64,000 bases of DNA from Octopus sinensis (taxonomy: Eukaryota): assembly GCF_006345805.1 (NCBI RefSeq), contig NC_042999.1, forward strand, positions 120,094,001 through 120,158,000, written 5' to 3'. Positions 13,833 through 27,289 of this stretch are shown here, in pieces. A program made the translations under genes and the position numbers. The notes below the pieces were generated by a model that was not told the DNA's origin, did no database searches, and saw only the letters and a program-made list of their open reading frames with translations. Position 1 is the first letter of the stretch. The number at the start of each line of letters is the position of its first letter.

Positions 13833-13915
13833 ATCATCCATATATCCTATAAACGGTTTCAGTGGTGCACATGCCCCAAAGAGTATATTATATCCTCCAG
13901 TTTGCATGTTATATT
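13833..13915 (-). CDS. Pif/BMSP-like protein, coding exon 5 (LamG C-terminal strands)
   Basis: gttttctacag|AA...GATGAT|GTAAGT, 83 nt, phase 1-0. Encodes (E)YNMQTGGYNILFGACAPLKPFIGYMDD, containing the LamG hallmark G-x-C...F-x-G-Y-M-D-D. Confidence 0.9.
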
Positions 13916-14714
13916 CTGTAGAAAACATGTGACGTTTAAATATCATTATTTACGTTGAAGAGGATTGTTTTTTCTTCAAAATGTCAAACGCATTGTTATT
14001 GTTGTTATTAAATCAAAGTTATCTCACATAAAATTGTTCTGTGATCAAATGTGCCGTCCCAAGTTAGCTTTGATCGAGAACATTAAGTTTTACCTATTGT
14101 TAGAGTGTGTTTAAAAGTGTACTATGCAATGTGCCATATTTCTTTAATGGCGGTTATACTTGATTGGAGTGAGATATGGCTCCTATTTGTAAAAGATTAA
14201 AGGATTGCATAGAAATATATTATAGACTTTTACAGAATAATTAGGCACCTGTCGACATGGCGGTCTTTTTAGCACCGTTATCATTATTATGCAGGTAGAC
14301 GACTAGCATTGACTATATTAATCGCTAATCAGCAATGCCGCAGTAGCAAGTGATCGGACCCACAAACGACTATAGAACAGGAATGTAACAGTTGCAGGTG
14401 CACTAAATATTGGTGCTGCGTAACGCAGAGAACCGAAACATTGAAGCTGAAGAAGTTACCACTAGATGGACTATGATACATGCTTAAAAATGCCAGAAAT
14501 CAAATGCATTTCCAAAACTTAAAAACATGCATGTAGAATTTCTTCATTTAAAACGAATGGTGAACTTCTGTCTCAGGCCACATACATATACTTGTGACAG
14601 TGCCCTTGACTGCATTTCAGTTAAAGTTAGAGGGGTAAATTTATTATCTAAGGTAACTTTCAGACTTGCAGACACATGAAAACAAATCCACTATGAAGCA
14701 TGTAGCAGATGGGA

Positions 14715-14753
<39 letters not shown>

Positions 14754-15499
14754 GAAAGCCTGACAGAGGGAGAGGAAGTGAAGGACAGAAGGAAAAAAGA
14801 AATAAACAAAGGAAAGAGAGAGAAAGAGAAACTGATACACATAAAAGTTCGTTAGATTTTCACCAATGAGTTTATATTGTTTTATTTTGAAGGTGTACAC
14901 ACCGTAGTGTTTACGTTGGTCTCTTAAGTTTCGCGTAAAACATCGTATGACATTTGTCATAAATTTCAAGACGCTAAAGTAACTACTGCAACCTTAATGT
15001 GTGTGTGTACGTATATGTGAGTATGTATACATGTATGAGTGAGTATGTATACGTTATGCATGCTTCAATGTACGTATATCTATCCACATAGGCTTCTAAT
15101 AATTGGCGGTATTAAGAATTAAAATATTGCATATAAACTATATAAATACTTTTGCCACAGACGCTGGATTGTCACATTTCAAACATAAAGTCATTTTTCT
15201 GATATGGATATAAACAAAGTTATTCGAGACTGTCTGTAAAGTGTCTGCATTTTCAAACGTCAATATCAGTCTAAATTATGATCTCTTTCCCATTTAAAGT
15301 AGCACATAAATATATACAAAATGTATGGTGGTGTCTGCTGAAGAGCACCTGTTATCTGAACAGTAATTAACTTGTTCCCACATCTTAAATAATTAAAATA
15401 TCTTAATATATTGAAAATGGAATATCAATCAAGATGAACACGAAAAATAGGAATCGAATACAACTTAAATGGTCATATCTGAAGTCTAGAGGCGGTAGT

Positions 15500-16170
15500 A
15501 GGAAAATGAAATATTTAGTTTTGACTCTATGCGCTCTAACTTTAAAAGCTGGCAGGTTTCTTGGTTGCAATGTGGCAGGCTTCAATGTAAAGTCACATTC
15601 TAAATCGAATACCCACCGCTCCACCTAACTTCACGAGATATGTTACTTATAATCTGGAAGATTAAAATGCTAAGGGGCAATTCGAGATATCATTCTTCCA
15701 CATGAACTTTATTGCAATATTGCACCACCAGCGAGGCGAACACTGCTATAACTTTCGTCAGCCCAGACACATCACAGTTGCTCAAATTAAATATTGGTGT
15801 CTCTGTTTTTTATTGAGTAGTACGTGTGTTTTCGTATGCCTGTGTTTAATCAATGATATATCTTCGTTTGTGAATAGCGTAGTATTAGGAACTTGAGGTG
15901 GGCCTTCAAACCTTATTTTCATTGCAAAAATGTACTGGAGTTCAAACTTGTGATAATGTAAAATAGGCAACGTTGTATACTTGTGCCTCAGAAAATAAAC
16001 AGCAGATGTGTTTCGATAGAGTTATTTACACGTAAGGGATTGTGGGCTAAAATTAGTAAATAGTCTTTCTCGTGTCATTGAAGTGATCTGGCGAATGCTG
16101 CAGAGCAGTGAATTAAATTTGGTACAGAAGGACGTTTCCTGCATCTAGGTTTCAAGACCAAGGGTTGGTA
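15500..16170 (-). pseudogene. decayed intronless CBM+LamG (Pif-like) paralog nested in intron 4
   Basis: cgtccttctg-taccaaatttaattcactgctctgcagc restores (C)PSGTKFNSLLCS with one base. The same frame then gives RERLFTNF, SAVYF, LPILHYHKFELQYIFAMKIRF, TTLFTNED and later WWCNIAIKF, in LamG3 motif order. Multiple stops and frameshifts. Confidence 0.45.
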
Positions 16171-16776
16171 GCTTTGTCGTTCACTTAAAGACATTTATTA
16201 TCGACAAATACAATAACCGTAATATAGTGGTTGCATTTAAATTCAGTCAAATATATTTGAATCCTGAGAGCATTTATTCTGAGATTAAAAATAAGTAACA
16301 TTCGATTACAAAAGATCTCATTAGTAAAGAAAAGGTATATAATTTATTATTATATCAGCTAATGATTGCTTTATTTGTTGATTAAGATTACTGGTGAATT
16401 AAATGTGGCAACGAGAGATTTCTCTATATTTAATAGATTTTTCACTCAAGAGACTCGGCTTTCAGCAAGATATGTCGAAACATCTAATGATTGTGAGGTA
16501 CATATGCCAACCCTTTGTGTACAAATATATCAATTAAGTAAGAAAGAACGCAATGAAGCAAGCTTCTGCGTCAGGTACTTTTTTTTAGCACTGAAAGAAT
16601 TGTACACAAAAGTTATTTCATGAGTTGAATAAATTGTAGAGTCAGATAAATAGAAATTACATATATGATGTTGCGTGCACTATCTAAAAACTTAGGCTAT
16701 GTAGTACACATGGATAATTATTGTAAAATACAAATAATCACGGATAATTTCTTTTGAAAGATAAAGTTAAATTTAC

Positions 16777-16867
16777 CTGAAACTTTAATAGATTTTGTCT
16801 CATGATTTACAGTTGCATTCAAGTTATGTTTGTTGAACAAGAAATATACATCATTCCAGTCGGATTT
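16777..16867 (-). CDS. Pif/BMSP-like protein, coding exon 4 (LamG domain, W-containing strand)
   Basis: attatttacag|AAA...TCAG|GTAAAT, 91 nt, phase 0-1. Encodes KSDWNDVYFLFNKHNLNATVNHETKSIKVS(E), which fits the LamG W-x-x-V-x-(L/F)-x-(Y/F)...L...V segment expected after exon 3. Confidence 0.88.
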
Positions 16868-17249
16868 CTGTAAATAATTATGAGAATATCATAAACAAAA
16901 CGTGTGCTTATTTAATACAAATAACACTGGTCTACATTTTGGAATTTTTAAATTTTTATTTTTATTCAAGGATGTGATCTTACATATACTTGGGTTGTTG
17001 ATTTTAAATATCTAAACCATTTTGCTTTATCACATATGGATATTCAATAACACATACATTAATCATAATAAAAACTGTGAATTTTTAATAAATTGCTACT
17101 TTATTACAATGAAGCAAGTAATCATGGAAAAAGCATATTCTGTTATTTTTAAGAACATATGTGTTCCAAATCAGCATGAATTGAATCATCAATCATCAAC
17201 ATTGAATCAAATGAATGCAAAAATATATGCTCCTAATGGTTAGCCTACA

Positions 17250-18860
17250 TATCGATTAAAATGAAGGAGTACTGCTTCGAATTCCGCTTGTGCTGTGCAT
17301 CCGGACCCTCACGTTTCAATGGCTAGTAGCAATCTTCCCTCACGCTGACATTCCAATTGCCCTTGTATTGAGCTTCCATCGTGCAAATATTCTGATGGAA
17401 GTGCTGTCCTTGTTCCACACAGTAGTGCCCACAATTCTTGGGAAAATCTAACATCTTAACTAAGATGTGAGTGCAGAAAGTGCAACTTGACACTCACTCC
17501 AGACCCAAACTGTTTGAAACTTGGATATATTTTTTCATATTCTGGGGAGCGGCTGTTTCCCAAAAGGTTTTGGATAATCTACTTGAAGGAAAAACCATGC
17601 ATTCACCTCGACACCTGCTAATACATCCTTAAAATGCTTGCCTTCACTTATTGATACAGTATTATTCTCCAAGTTATAGAAGGTCACTTTTACTCCAGGT
17701 ACATGAAAGCAACTCCTTGTATGTTCAGGGCCTTCATAAAAGTTTTCATAAGCCCTAATTCGATGTGGAATGGTACTAGCATACTTTTCTTGGGTTCATC
17801 TAGTGGCACATCTTTTACGTTGTGATTTCCGGATAAGAAGCTGGTAGCCAATCTTTTTGCTCATAGAGCTGGCTGTCTGCCTTACTATCTCAAAGACAAA
17901 TGAAACGCGGATACTTAGTGTATGTCCCTTGAAGACCTTGTAGGAAAACAATAACTTTCAAATCACCAGAAATGAGAAGCTTGTGATTATGGTACTTGAT
18001 GGCAGTTAATAGTGTCTTCATATTTTCATAAGTTTCTGACATTTAGACACTATGACCAATTAGTACAGATGCAGTTGTATTACCATTGTAGAGAAGAATA
18101 GTCTTTAGACTTCTGTTAAACGAATCAGCGAAGGGTCACCATTCGTCTGCTTTCTATGACATCCCCATGAGTCGAATAGGGTCAGAAATATTTGAAAAGA
18201 AATGCAATGAATCATGTTTCTCAAAGATCTGAGTGAATTCTACTTCCGATGTCGGTACCAAGCAAATGTTTCAGATGCTAAAAACTTCAGTCTAGAGCCA
18301 AGTAACTATGCACTTTCTTTTGGTCTCTCAGCAAGACATTGAACTGAGCTTGGTTGAAGAGTGTGGGATCGTCATTTCTTGATGGTTCAAAGTCTGCTTC
18401 TATCTCATTAGTATCACAAGTATCAGACTCTGATGAAATTTCCTGTCTCAAGTGACAGAGATACAGGAGCAACATCTGAGTGCGGAACAGGCCTAATTGG
18501 TGACGGAATATTTGGGTATATTATGCGATCCTTAGTCTTCTTATTGAATCCAACTACTTTAGTGATACAGAAGTAGCAGTCATCGTGATGGTCCATCTGC
18601 TCCTACCATAACATTGGTACTCCAACGGGCATGCACTTCAGTTTTTCAAGTGACCACATTTTGAGCAAACTAACGTGACTCTTGCAAGCTCTGTGAGGTA
18701 CAAATGGCTTGTCTTGTTCTTCTAGTTTGCAACCAAAATAAAGTAAATACCAGCGCTTCAACAAAGGAGTAATAGTGTTCCAAGAGTATGAAGGGGTGAA
18801 TTGCTCGCAGACATAGAAAATTATGAATATGTCTGGTGAATTTGTGCAGCCTCTAGACAT
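17250..18860 (-). mobile_element. CMC/Chapaev3-like DNA transposon transposase remnant (in intron 3)
   Basis: Minus strand: MSRGCTNSPDIF..FYVC..YFGCKLEEQDKPFVPHRAC...GVPMLW*EQMDHHDDCYFC, FNQAQFNVLLRD, PFHIELGLMKTFMKAL, NLLGNSRSPEY. The superfamily assignment is from recalled similarity and needs a Dfam/Repbase check. Confidence 0.75.
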
Positions 18861-20059
18861 ATTCGCAATCAGATATGAAAGAAAATATATTAGATTTAAT
18901 ATTCAAATCAATATAATGTAAGCATTTCCATTGGTAGTATATATTATCATTTATACAGAGAAATGTAACGTTTCTGTATAAATTGAAAACTTGATGTGAT
19001 ATAGAGGAATAAAAAACACCATGAATCGCTATGTATCATATGTATTTCAAAAAAAGATACTTTAAAAATATTATGCAGACCATTGTATTCTAACATAAAC
19101 TTATGTGGCTAATGTACATACTAACTGTCAGATGAACTTAGTCATTGCAACCTTTTTATTAGCATCGGTTTATGGATTTATTACAGAGTTTTTGATAATC
19201 CGAGAAGAAATCGTAGAAATATTATTTCATGGATGTCGAGTATTAGATACCTACATCTAGGTATTGTTGCTTTTAGCACACATCATACGACTTATTATTC
19301 ATTGCTATCATCACTCCACCTTTTATAGTCATTATTATTTTGTTATTACAGTTTTATTAAAGATTTTAACAATGTTCTGGAGAGTCGCTGAATATGTTGA
19401 TATGATCAAAAACATATACATGGAGAAGGACGAATGTTGTAAATTTCATTCTTTTTACAAGGCTAATTATAAATGAGCGGTAGAGTAAATCGAATGAAAA
19501 ATCAACTATAGACAGCAGGTTTTAAATTGAAGTATATGTGCCATATAAAATCTGATATAAGGATAAAACTAGAATCGATAATAAACTGTGTAAAACTTCG
19601 GTTTTAAACTATTCGAATTATACGGCTATGAAAGAGTAGGTTTACATCCTCAAGTTAAATCCACACTCCAAGTTGCATAGACAAAATTTAAGAACTTTTT
19701 TGGAATTTAAATAGTGGAACTTAAAGTGTTCCTAATAATATACTATATGGCATTTGGTTGCATTTCTTTAAATTCTAGTTCCTTTGTTAACAATTTGATT
19801 TGGTATTATCTTTCTTAAGCCGATAAAATAAATACTAGCCATGTGCCGGGGAGACGATGTAAATAACTATGCACTTGATTACATCGATGACAGTGGTTCG
19901 TGAGCATGACTAGAATTCGAGGACTTAAATCACTAAAAGAACCTGGTAAATGTTTATGAATCAGTTTGATACATAACACAAGTCTTCCACTTGGTTCGTG
20001 ATATTTTTATATCATTATAATTCATTATAATTCAACGTCAGAGAGTACTGCACTAAGCC

Positions 20060-20300
20060 GGGTCAAGTATTAATATCAGTTTCAAATTTTGGCCCAAGGA
20101 TAATGATTTCGGGGAAAGGGGATGATAAGTCAATTACATCGACCCGAGTGCTTAACTTGTACTTACTTCATCGAACCTGGAAGGATGAAATTTAAAGTTA
20201 ACCTCAGTAGAATTCGAACTGAGAACGTAAAGACGGGCGTAATGCTCCGTTAAACATTTCGTTCGGCGTGCTAAAAATTCTGCCAGGTCGCCGCCTTAAG
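20060..20300 (-). mobile_element. tRNA-derived SINE (ggcggcgagctggcagaa family)
   Basis: ttttggcccaagg tail...attcgaactgagaacgtaaagacgg...tctgccaggtcgccgcc head; same family as 32246, 32490, 49940, 52150, 53095 and 53655. Confidence 0.8.
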
Positions 20301-22878
20301 GGTAAGTATTCATTTTGCAACTAATATCAAAACTCATGGCTGGCAATTAATTACATTGAAGGTGTCATCAATTTATTTTTCATTTCTCTCATTTCACTGT
20401 ATATATTAATTGTCTTCGTTATTTAAATCAAGTTTGTAGAAATAGTGTTAGTCTTAAAATGCTCAAAAAAATTTTAGCCACATGATTTGATTAGTCTTAT
20501 CAAAATATACCACATATTAATAATTGCATGGCAACAGATGACACTTTCGGCAATATCCTTTAAATTATGAACTTATTGATTAGTTTAGATTATATTATAC
20601 AGAATTGATTTTAAAACTGGGAATCACGTTCACTATTTTTTTTTTTTTTTACATTTTTTCAGGTTTGTAAAAGGAAGGGCAGAAAATTGCTCTTCTTTAT
20701 AATTTCTCGGACAAGTGATGGAATGGGAGATTAAAAACCTTTATCAATAGAACAGTAATTGGTTGCGAATGCTTGCAAAACCTAAGCATTATTAAAAACA
20801 CCTGAGATCGATTTCAGCATCAAAATACGATACTAATTAAGTATGAAACACCAAAACATATACATTTGATATTCGCAGTTTTCGTCGAGAGTGACTCGTT
20901 CCTTGCTACAGACAGTTGTTTAAACTTTCAACATCTTGGGAAGCATGTAACTGTGAAACAAATGTAGTGATTATAAGGTTATATTTATGTAATAATGTGA
21001 ACAGCTGTTACCTAGTTAATCAATATCAATTTTAGAAACTCATTCCCTATGTGAGATCGACAAACAACACTAAGTGAAACAAACTTCAAAAATGTATTCA
21101 ATTTCAGGAAAATCCTGTATTAAAACTGATGACGCATATTATATAAAACGGAATGTGATATGATTTCGTGTTAACTGAGTCCGCACAAAATCACACGTAT
21201 CAGTGTGTGAGCCAATGTCTGTGTATGTATGCCTATGACTGACTGTCTTCGTGTTCACTTATATTCGATGGTTTTGTAACTTATGACTTACGCTTGACTA
21301 GTTTTGAAAGTAAGAAGGCTAAGGCCTGATTATTATAACATATGCTTATTTAAATGCTTTTTATTTTAACCACAGTAAAGCGTGCAAGACTCTACAGGAT
21401 GTCAATTCTGAAACAACATGAAAAAATCAAGCCAAGTATTATAAATTACAAGGCAATTATAAATATTTTGATGTTAAACAGGAGAACAAAATTCTGTGAG
21501 TATCAATGTTAATTTAATTTTTGTAATTATGACCATACTTAATTATTTATGACCTTTAGAAATAAGCTAATATTTGAAGAGTAATTATGAAAGTAATCAC
21601 TCTATAATGTATATTATTACTTATGGAAAAATCTGTATTTCCTTCGTTTCCAATTACAGTATACGTCGATATTTAGAGATATATATAACTATTAATATAG
21701 TGAAAGAAATGACTGAATTCTATAATGACAGTGTAATTTAAATACATACATTGAAGTAAGTGGGACTTTGATATTTACTATTAGAACGCGTCACTGGGGA
21801 CAAAATTTATTAATACATAGGATGATAAATTATTATGAATTAATGAAATGTTTCATTAGGAGTTGTTTAAGAGCATATACAAATAATTTCCGATGAATGC
21901 TGTAGTTTCTATTAAATTATTACTTTACGCCTGAATGAATGTATTTTATATATATTTGTGGTCTCATATGGTTTTAAGAATCAGCCAGGTTTATTACCTC
22001 TGTTATTAAGGGTATGTGCTTTGACTTATTGAGAAGGAATAGTAACCGAAATTAATAGGAAAATTAAATTCTTGCAAAGTTGATCAAAAATTGGAAATTA
22101 ACTTAATTTCGGTCTAACTCTCCTTAGAAGGTGAGCCTGTTAAATTCAAGTATTGAAATGTAATAATGCGTTGCTTAAAGTTTGCATGAAATGATTAACT
22201 TTAATTCCATTTTATATTTGGTAACTAATCAACATACCGAAAACTTTGTTCTCTTATTATATTTCTGAATTGATATATTTAGTATATCACCAACTGATGC
22301 TGACACTCAGTTGTTATGGTTAATAATCCGCGCAATTTCTCATTGATTAAAGGACTAAATATGGTATCTCATATATTTGGCTTTTTTTTCTCTTTTAACG
22401 TTTGTTACAACAAAATTGAAATATATTAAACTGCGCATCTCATAAATTTGTGTGCTTCTAAGGTCGTGTAAATTCTAAATAACTCCCAAAGGACAAATTA
22501 TATATTATGTCTTTGTGATTAAATGAGTAATCCACCATTAAGTGATTAAATACATTTAAATACATACATGGGAGAAATATAATGGTTAAATAAGCTTAAT
22601 ATTTGTGTTTACCGTACAAACCTCGGTATCACATTTTATTTCTGTAACAAGTGTGTCGAACCATACTGAAAATCAAACTATAAACTTTTGATCAATCTTC
22701 AGAAGCCATAATTCTACTGTATGTAGAAGCTTTAAATTCTATTTAGACAATACACACATACACACATATGTATATATATATATTACAGAAATAGGGTGAA
22801 AGATAATTAATTTAATAAAATCAACAAATTTCACTTGTAGTATTTCCGTATGGAAAAGGACCATATTGGGTAAAAACT

Positions 22879-23186
22879 TATATATTTATAACAATAAGGG
22901 TTTTGCAACAACTTGCTTGACCACATACCGAAAATTTTAGAAATAGCAGCCAAAGGACTACTGTTTCTTTTTCTACAAAAATCTGTCTCCACAGACAACA
23001 ATATTTGTAACAACAGTTCTTTTTCTACAAAAATATGTCTCCACAGACAACAATAATTGTAACAACAGTTACAAATATTGTTGTCTGGGGAGACATTTTT
23101 GTAGAAAAAGAAATAGTAGTCCTTTGGCTGCTATTTCTAAAATTTTCGGTATGTGGTCAAGCAACTTGTTGCAAAACCCTTATTGT

Positions 23187-23197
<11 letters not shown>
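22879..23197. repeat. inverted repeat (about 130-bp arms) enclosing a 52-bp tandem duplication
   Basis: 22881-23011 vs 23068-23196 show 3 substitutions and a 2-nt indel as reverse complements; 22965-23016 is repeated directly at 23017-23068. Confidence 0.92.
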
Positions 23198-23219
<22 letters not shown>

Positions 23220-23225
<6 letters not shown>

Positions 23226-23495
23226 ATCACGTGACCGACCAGGCCATCAGATGTAGTTACACATCGTTGGTCACAATGCGTTCGCATTGTTTTAGCCTTC
23301 GAATGACGCCACCCCGCTGGCTAAGCGAGCAGGCCGACAGAAGAAAGAGTGGTGCAAGAGTACAGCATGGATTACCACCCCCTGCCGGAGCCACGTGGAG
23401 CTTTTAGGTGTTTTCGCTCAATAAACAGTCACAACGCCCGGTCTGGGAATCGAAACCGCTAGTCCGCTGCCCTAACCACAAGGCCATTGCGCCTC

Positions 23496-23497
<2 letters not shown>
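23220..23497 (-). mobile_element. tRNA-derived SINE (cacgtgatcacgtg-tailed family)
   Basis: High identity to the copies at 56205-56490 and 56537-56798; head ...ccattgcgcctccac next to (CA)n. Confidence 0.88.
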
Positions 23498-23580
<83 letters not shown>

Positions 23581-23716
23581 TATATATATATGTATGTATA
23601 TATATATGTGTGTGTGTGTGTATCATATCTTCAGTCAGTCAGTGATACACGCTTCCCTGTAACATATCTTGATACACATAAGCACAACACGCACATTTAC
23701 GAACATTAATATATAC

Positions 23717-24075
23717 CTTCGATGCAAAAACCAATTCCGTGTTGTGTCTATGTGGACGAACAAAGATATGCACTTTGTCTTCTGCAGCAGAGGTAGCGTT
23801 CAGCATAATGCCAAGATTGGCTTTGTGATTATTTTCATCGCAGCTCATGAAAATTGCCTGCAATCCCTCTGTGAAGTCAGTTCTTTTGTAGGATAAATGA
23901 AACGTGATTCCATTAGGAAATGAATATCCATTATATCTCCAAAGTGTCAATTTTCCACCATTAAATATTCCTTTACCATCTTCTGTATTTACATTCATAA
24001 TTGCAATTGTCTGAAGGGAAGACGAAATATCTCTTATACCATTGTCAAAATTGATATGCAGTTCTTTAACACAAT
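23717..24075 (-). CDS. Pif/BMSP-like protein, coding exon 3 (N-terminal two thirds of laminin-G/LamG3 domain)
   Basis: tctgtttcag|AT...TCGAAG|GTATAT, 359 nt, phase 1-0. Encodes (D)CVKELHINFDNGIRDISSSLQTIAIMNVNTEDGKGIFNGGKLTLWRYNGYSFPNGITFHLSYKRTDFTEGLQAIFMSCDENNHKANLGIMLNATSAAEDKVHIFVRPHRHNTELVFASK. Matches the C-x-x-EL-x-x-x-FD...NV...G-x-x-x-FNG-x-x-L motif series of molluscan LamG3. Overlaps track ORF 23639-23998. Confidence 0.9.
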
Positions 24076-24774
24076 CTGAAACAGATAATTGAAAGAAGCT
24101 ATCAAGCTTTTGATTTTTATATATTAAGAACTGTCAATGAACGGAAAACTCAGAGTAAAAACAGGGGAGAGAGTTTTAGCATGTGATATATTAATAAAAT
24201 CTAATATAAGATTCAACACTTTCCCACTCGAATGTAAAACTAAACAGCTACGATTATGTTTATATAATATGAGTTCTTAACCATACGGCCTTGCTTGCGC
24301 GTTTCCCTATATTTTCTCTCATTATTTACAGTATATATACGCACTGGAATGTACGACACATAACCATATGTTAGGGCCCAGTAATAAGTTCCACATTAGA
24401 CTCTTGCGTCCATTGCTGTTAGAATTTTGGCATCAAACCTCGGGATAGACTAGTGTGCAGAATAATTGTTTCAGTAACTCAATTGGCAAGATTATGCAGC
24501 TGTTTGGCGAAATTTTATTCTCATCGAAACTCGGCACTAGCGTTTTCTACACAAGATACAAAGTACATTATTAGATTGTTTCAATATAAACCTCCGTTAC
24601 TAAAATTACTCATAACGCCCATGTAGTGGAATACTGGGGGACAAAATGCCCAGGATGACAAATGGAAAATAGACATGGTCAATGCAAAGAGGATAGTGGA
24701 TCAGTGGATGCTACGCCGTCTCTTATATCTTTAGACAGACGCTTATGCACATTCACAATTGTGCACATAGATAT

Positions 24775-24867
24775 ACAAGAGAGACAGAGAAAGAGAGAGA
24801 GATGGGGAAGAGAGGGGAAAAGAAGAAGGAGGAGGGGAAGAAGAAGAAGAAGGAGAAGAAGAAGAAG

Positions 24868-24899
<32 letters not shown>

Positions 24900-24955
24900 G
24901 AAGAAGAGAAGAAGAGAAGAAGAAGAAGAAGAAAGAAGAAGAAGAAGAAGAAACT
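24775..24955. repeat. purine-only (AG)n/(AGA)n tract
   Basis: Direct reading; explains the poly-R/poly-S/poly-F ORFs. Confidence 0.95.
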
Positions 24956-26049
24956 CAGAAGCAATGCTAACATAATGGAAAAGGCAATGCAAACGTCAGT
25001 CGCAGCGGCAACAACGTGACAACAATAGCGAAAATATCAATTACTCTACGATCAGCTACTGACATATATGAGGGATGGAGAGAGAGATAGTGGTCACTAC
25101 AGATGACCACAGGTTCATAAACTTAGCTTCAAGGAACCAGCTTTATGGTAGACGAAGCGAGTATTTGTAAATATTTCCGTAACCTCTAGAGAGTGAAATG
25201 TGGTGTAACGTCCAATCACGTATGCAACCACTCCCAAGTGTTCATCATCGTACGTATACAATCATATGCACATAACTCACATACTCTGCCGGACACATAC
25301 GAGAAATTATTCACAGATGCAAGTTCACACATGCATACACATACATAAACATGCGAGCGTTCACGATGCACTGGTACGTATATATGCATACATATACTCG
25401 TGCATGAATGTCCTCTTTAATATCATACCGATACCGTACAGCAACCAAACTTAAGTTACTACTACCCTTCTCGATCGCGCACCTATTCACTGTCAGTTGC
25501 CATTATCCATATTTGTTTGTATTCACATAAGCAATGTTTTTTTTTTCTCGAGACTTTTATGTGCATTTGTCTGGTTTACTCAGTTGAAAGTTGTACGAAA
25601 TGCGTAAGTGCAATCCACAAAAAGGCGTTATATTACAATTATTCTCCGTCATCTTTTAGGTCATTGTACATTCTTGATCTGACAAAGTCAGGTCGATTAG
25701 AGCACGAAGTTATCCATTGTCATGTATTTTATTGCATTTAGTAGTGTAATAATCGGTAATCTATAAAAGTGTTTTCGATACAAGCACGGGTAGGATATAT
25801 ACTCAGAATGAGAAAGAGGTTCGTACAGGGAGAGTGAGTTAGCTAATTCAATCTTCAACCCCTGTTTGGTATGCAATCCGCAGAGATGTCAACTTCACTG
25901 TTACATTAATTGCATGTATCTTTACCAGACATTTTAAAATAAAACTTGCCTTATTATCATATTAACTACGGATATGTTCAGTGAATGAAGTAGAGCTATA
26001 TTTTCTGGTTACAGAGTTGTGCTTATGCATAGAAATGTGTTGTTTCACG

Positions 26050-26650
26050 GGATTTAACCGTAGCGCCAATGTAATATTTTCTACTACTGTGTCTAAACAT
26101 CACACATTTATATACTACGTTTGTATGTGTCTACTGCATATTCAAGGGGATATTCACGGGAGTTCTGAAGTTATAACCAGGAAGTGCTGGACGGCACTAA
26201 AGTGAACAGGTCAGCCAATCATTCTATGTACAGTAGCATGGGGTGAAATGCAAAACTGATTGGTATAACCTAGTGTATCCTGTTCACATTCGCTTATGTC
26301 TTTGGTGTTCCCGAGAAATCATTTCTTCTCTTGGTAGTTCTCCTCGCGACGTGTTCCCTTGGAGGAAACACTGCAATGTGCATGATTTGATTGAGCCTAA
26401 GTCGTTGTGTGCCAACCAGTGTCATCTGCTATGACGTAATGACTTCTGGCAATATATTTAGCGAGTTTCAACCTATTAGATGTGGCTGCAATGTTAGTCA
26501 CATTGGGTACGGAAGAGTAGAATACCTTTATATTCTTTCTGTCGAAAATGGTATGGTACCTATGATGCAAGGGAAGAGAATCTCTCTTGGGTGTGAAAAA
26601 ATATTCTGGGAACATTAATTTTCACAATAGATTAGAAGAGCTGGCCGTAC
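26050..26650 (-). mobile_element. Penelope-like element fragment (post-RT/linker region)
   Basis: LPLHHRYHTIFDRKNIKVFYSSVPNVTNIAATSNR (track ORF 26397-26615) resembles the PLE motif FPxxHxxHKIFNRNxxKxSYSCMPN. Confidence 0.55.
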
Positions 26651-27158
26651 CGTACCATCTCTTTCCTCCTACTCTTCTTTCTGCCATAGCGGTGGGTGTT
26701 CACCGCTGTTAAATGTCTAGGACTAATTGATTTCAGGGTTTCGTTTTGTTCTTCGTTGTAGCCTATCTGCCCAAATCACCGATAATCTTCCTGCCTCTCG
26801 TAAGGTTCGGGTTATTTCCGAATGAAATGGTGCCCTACTCGGCTTGAAAGGATCAGCGAAGAGTTTCAGGGTCACCGGACTTATATTGAGGAGGTAAGCG
26901 CTCAGCGAGTTCTATCACCGCTCTCTGTAGCTAGGCAACCCACAAGGCCAGCGTCTGAAATGAAATTTAATCTGTCATACTCACTTTACCTAGTATTCTG
27001 CATTATTATTGAAAGTCCTTTCCTTTCCTAAATATTAATAATATATGCGCATTATTCCAGAACATTCACTAACATACCTTGGAGGAAGAGACAATTTATG
27101 ACATAAAGGAATTTTTCGTTTGGTTTATGTTAAGAATAATGTAATTCTACACATGTTT

Positions 27159-27189
<31 letters not shown>

Positions 27190-27218
27190 CCCCCCCCACA
27201 CACACATACACCCCCCCC

Positions 27219-27265
<47 letters not shown>

Positions 27266-27289
27266 TATATGCATATATGGGTAAAGCAC

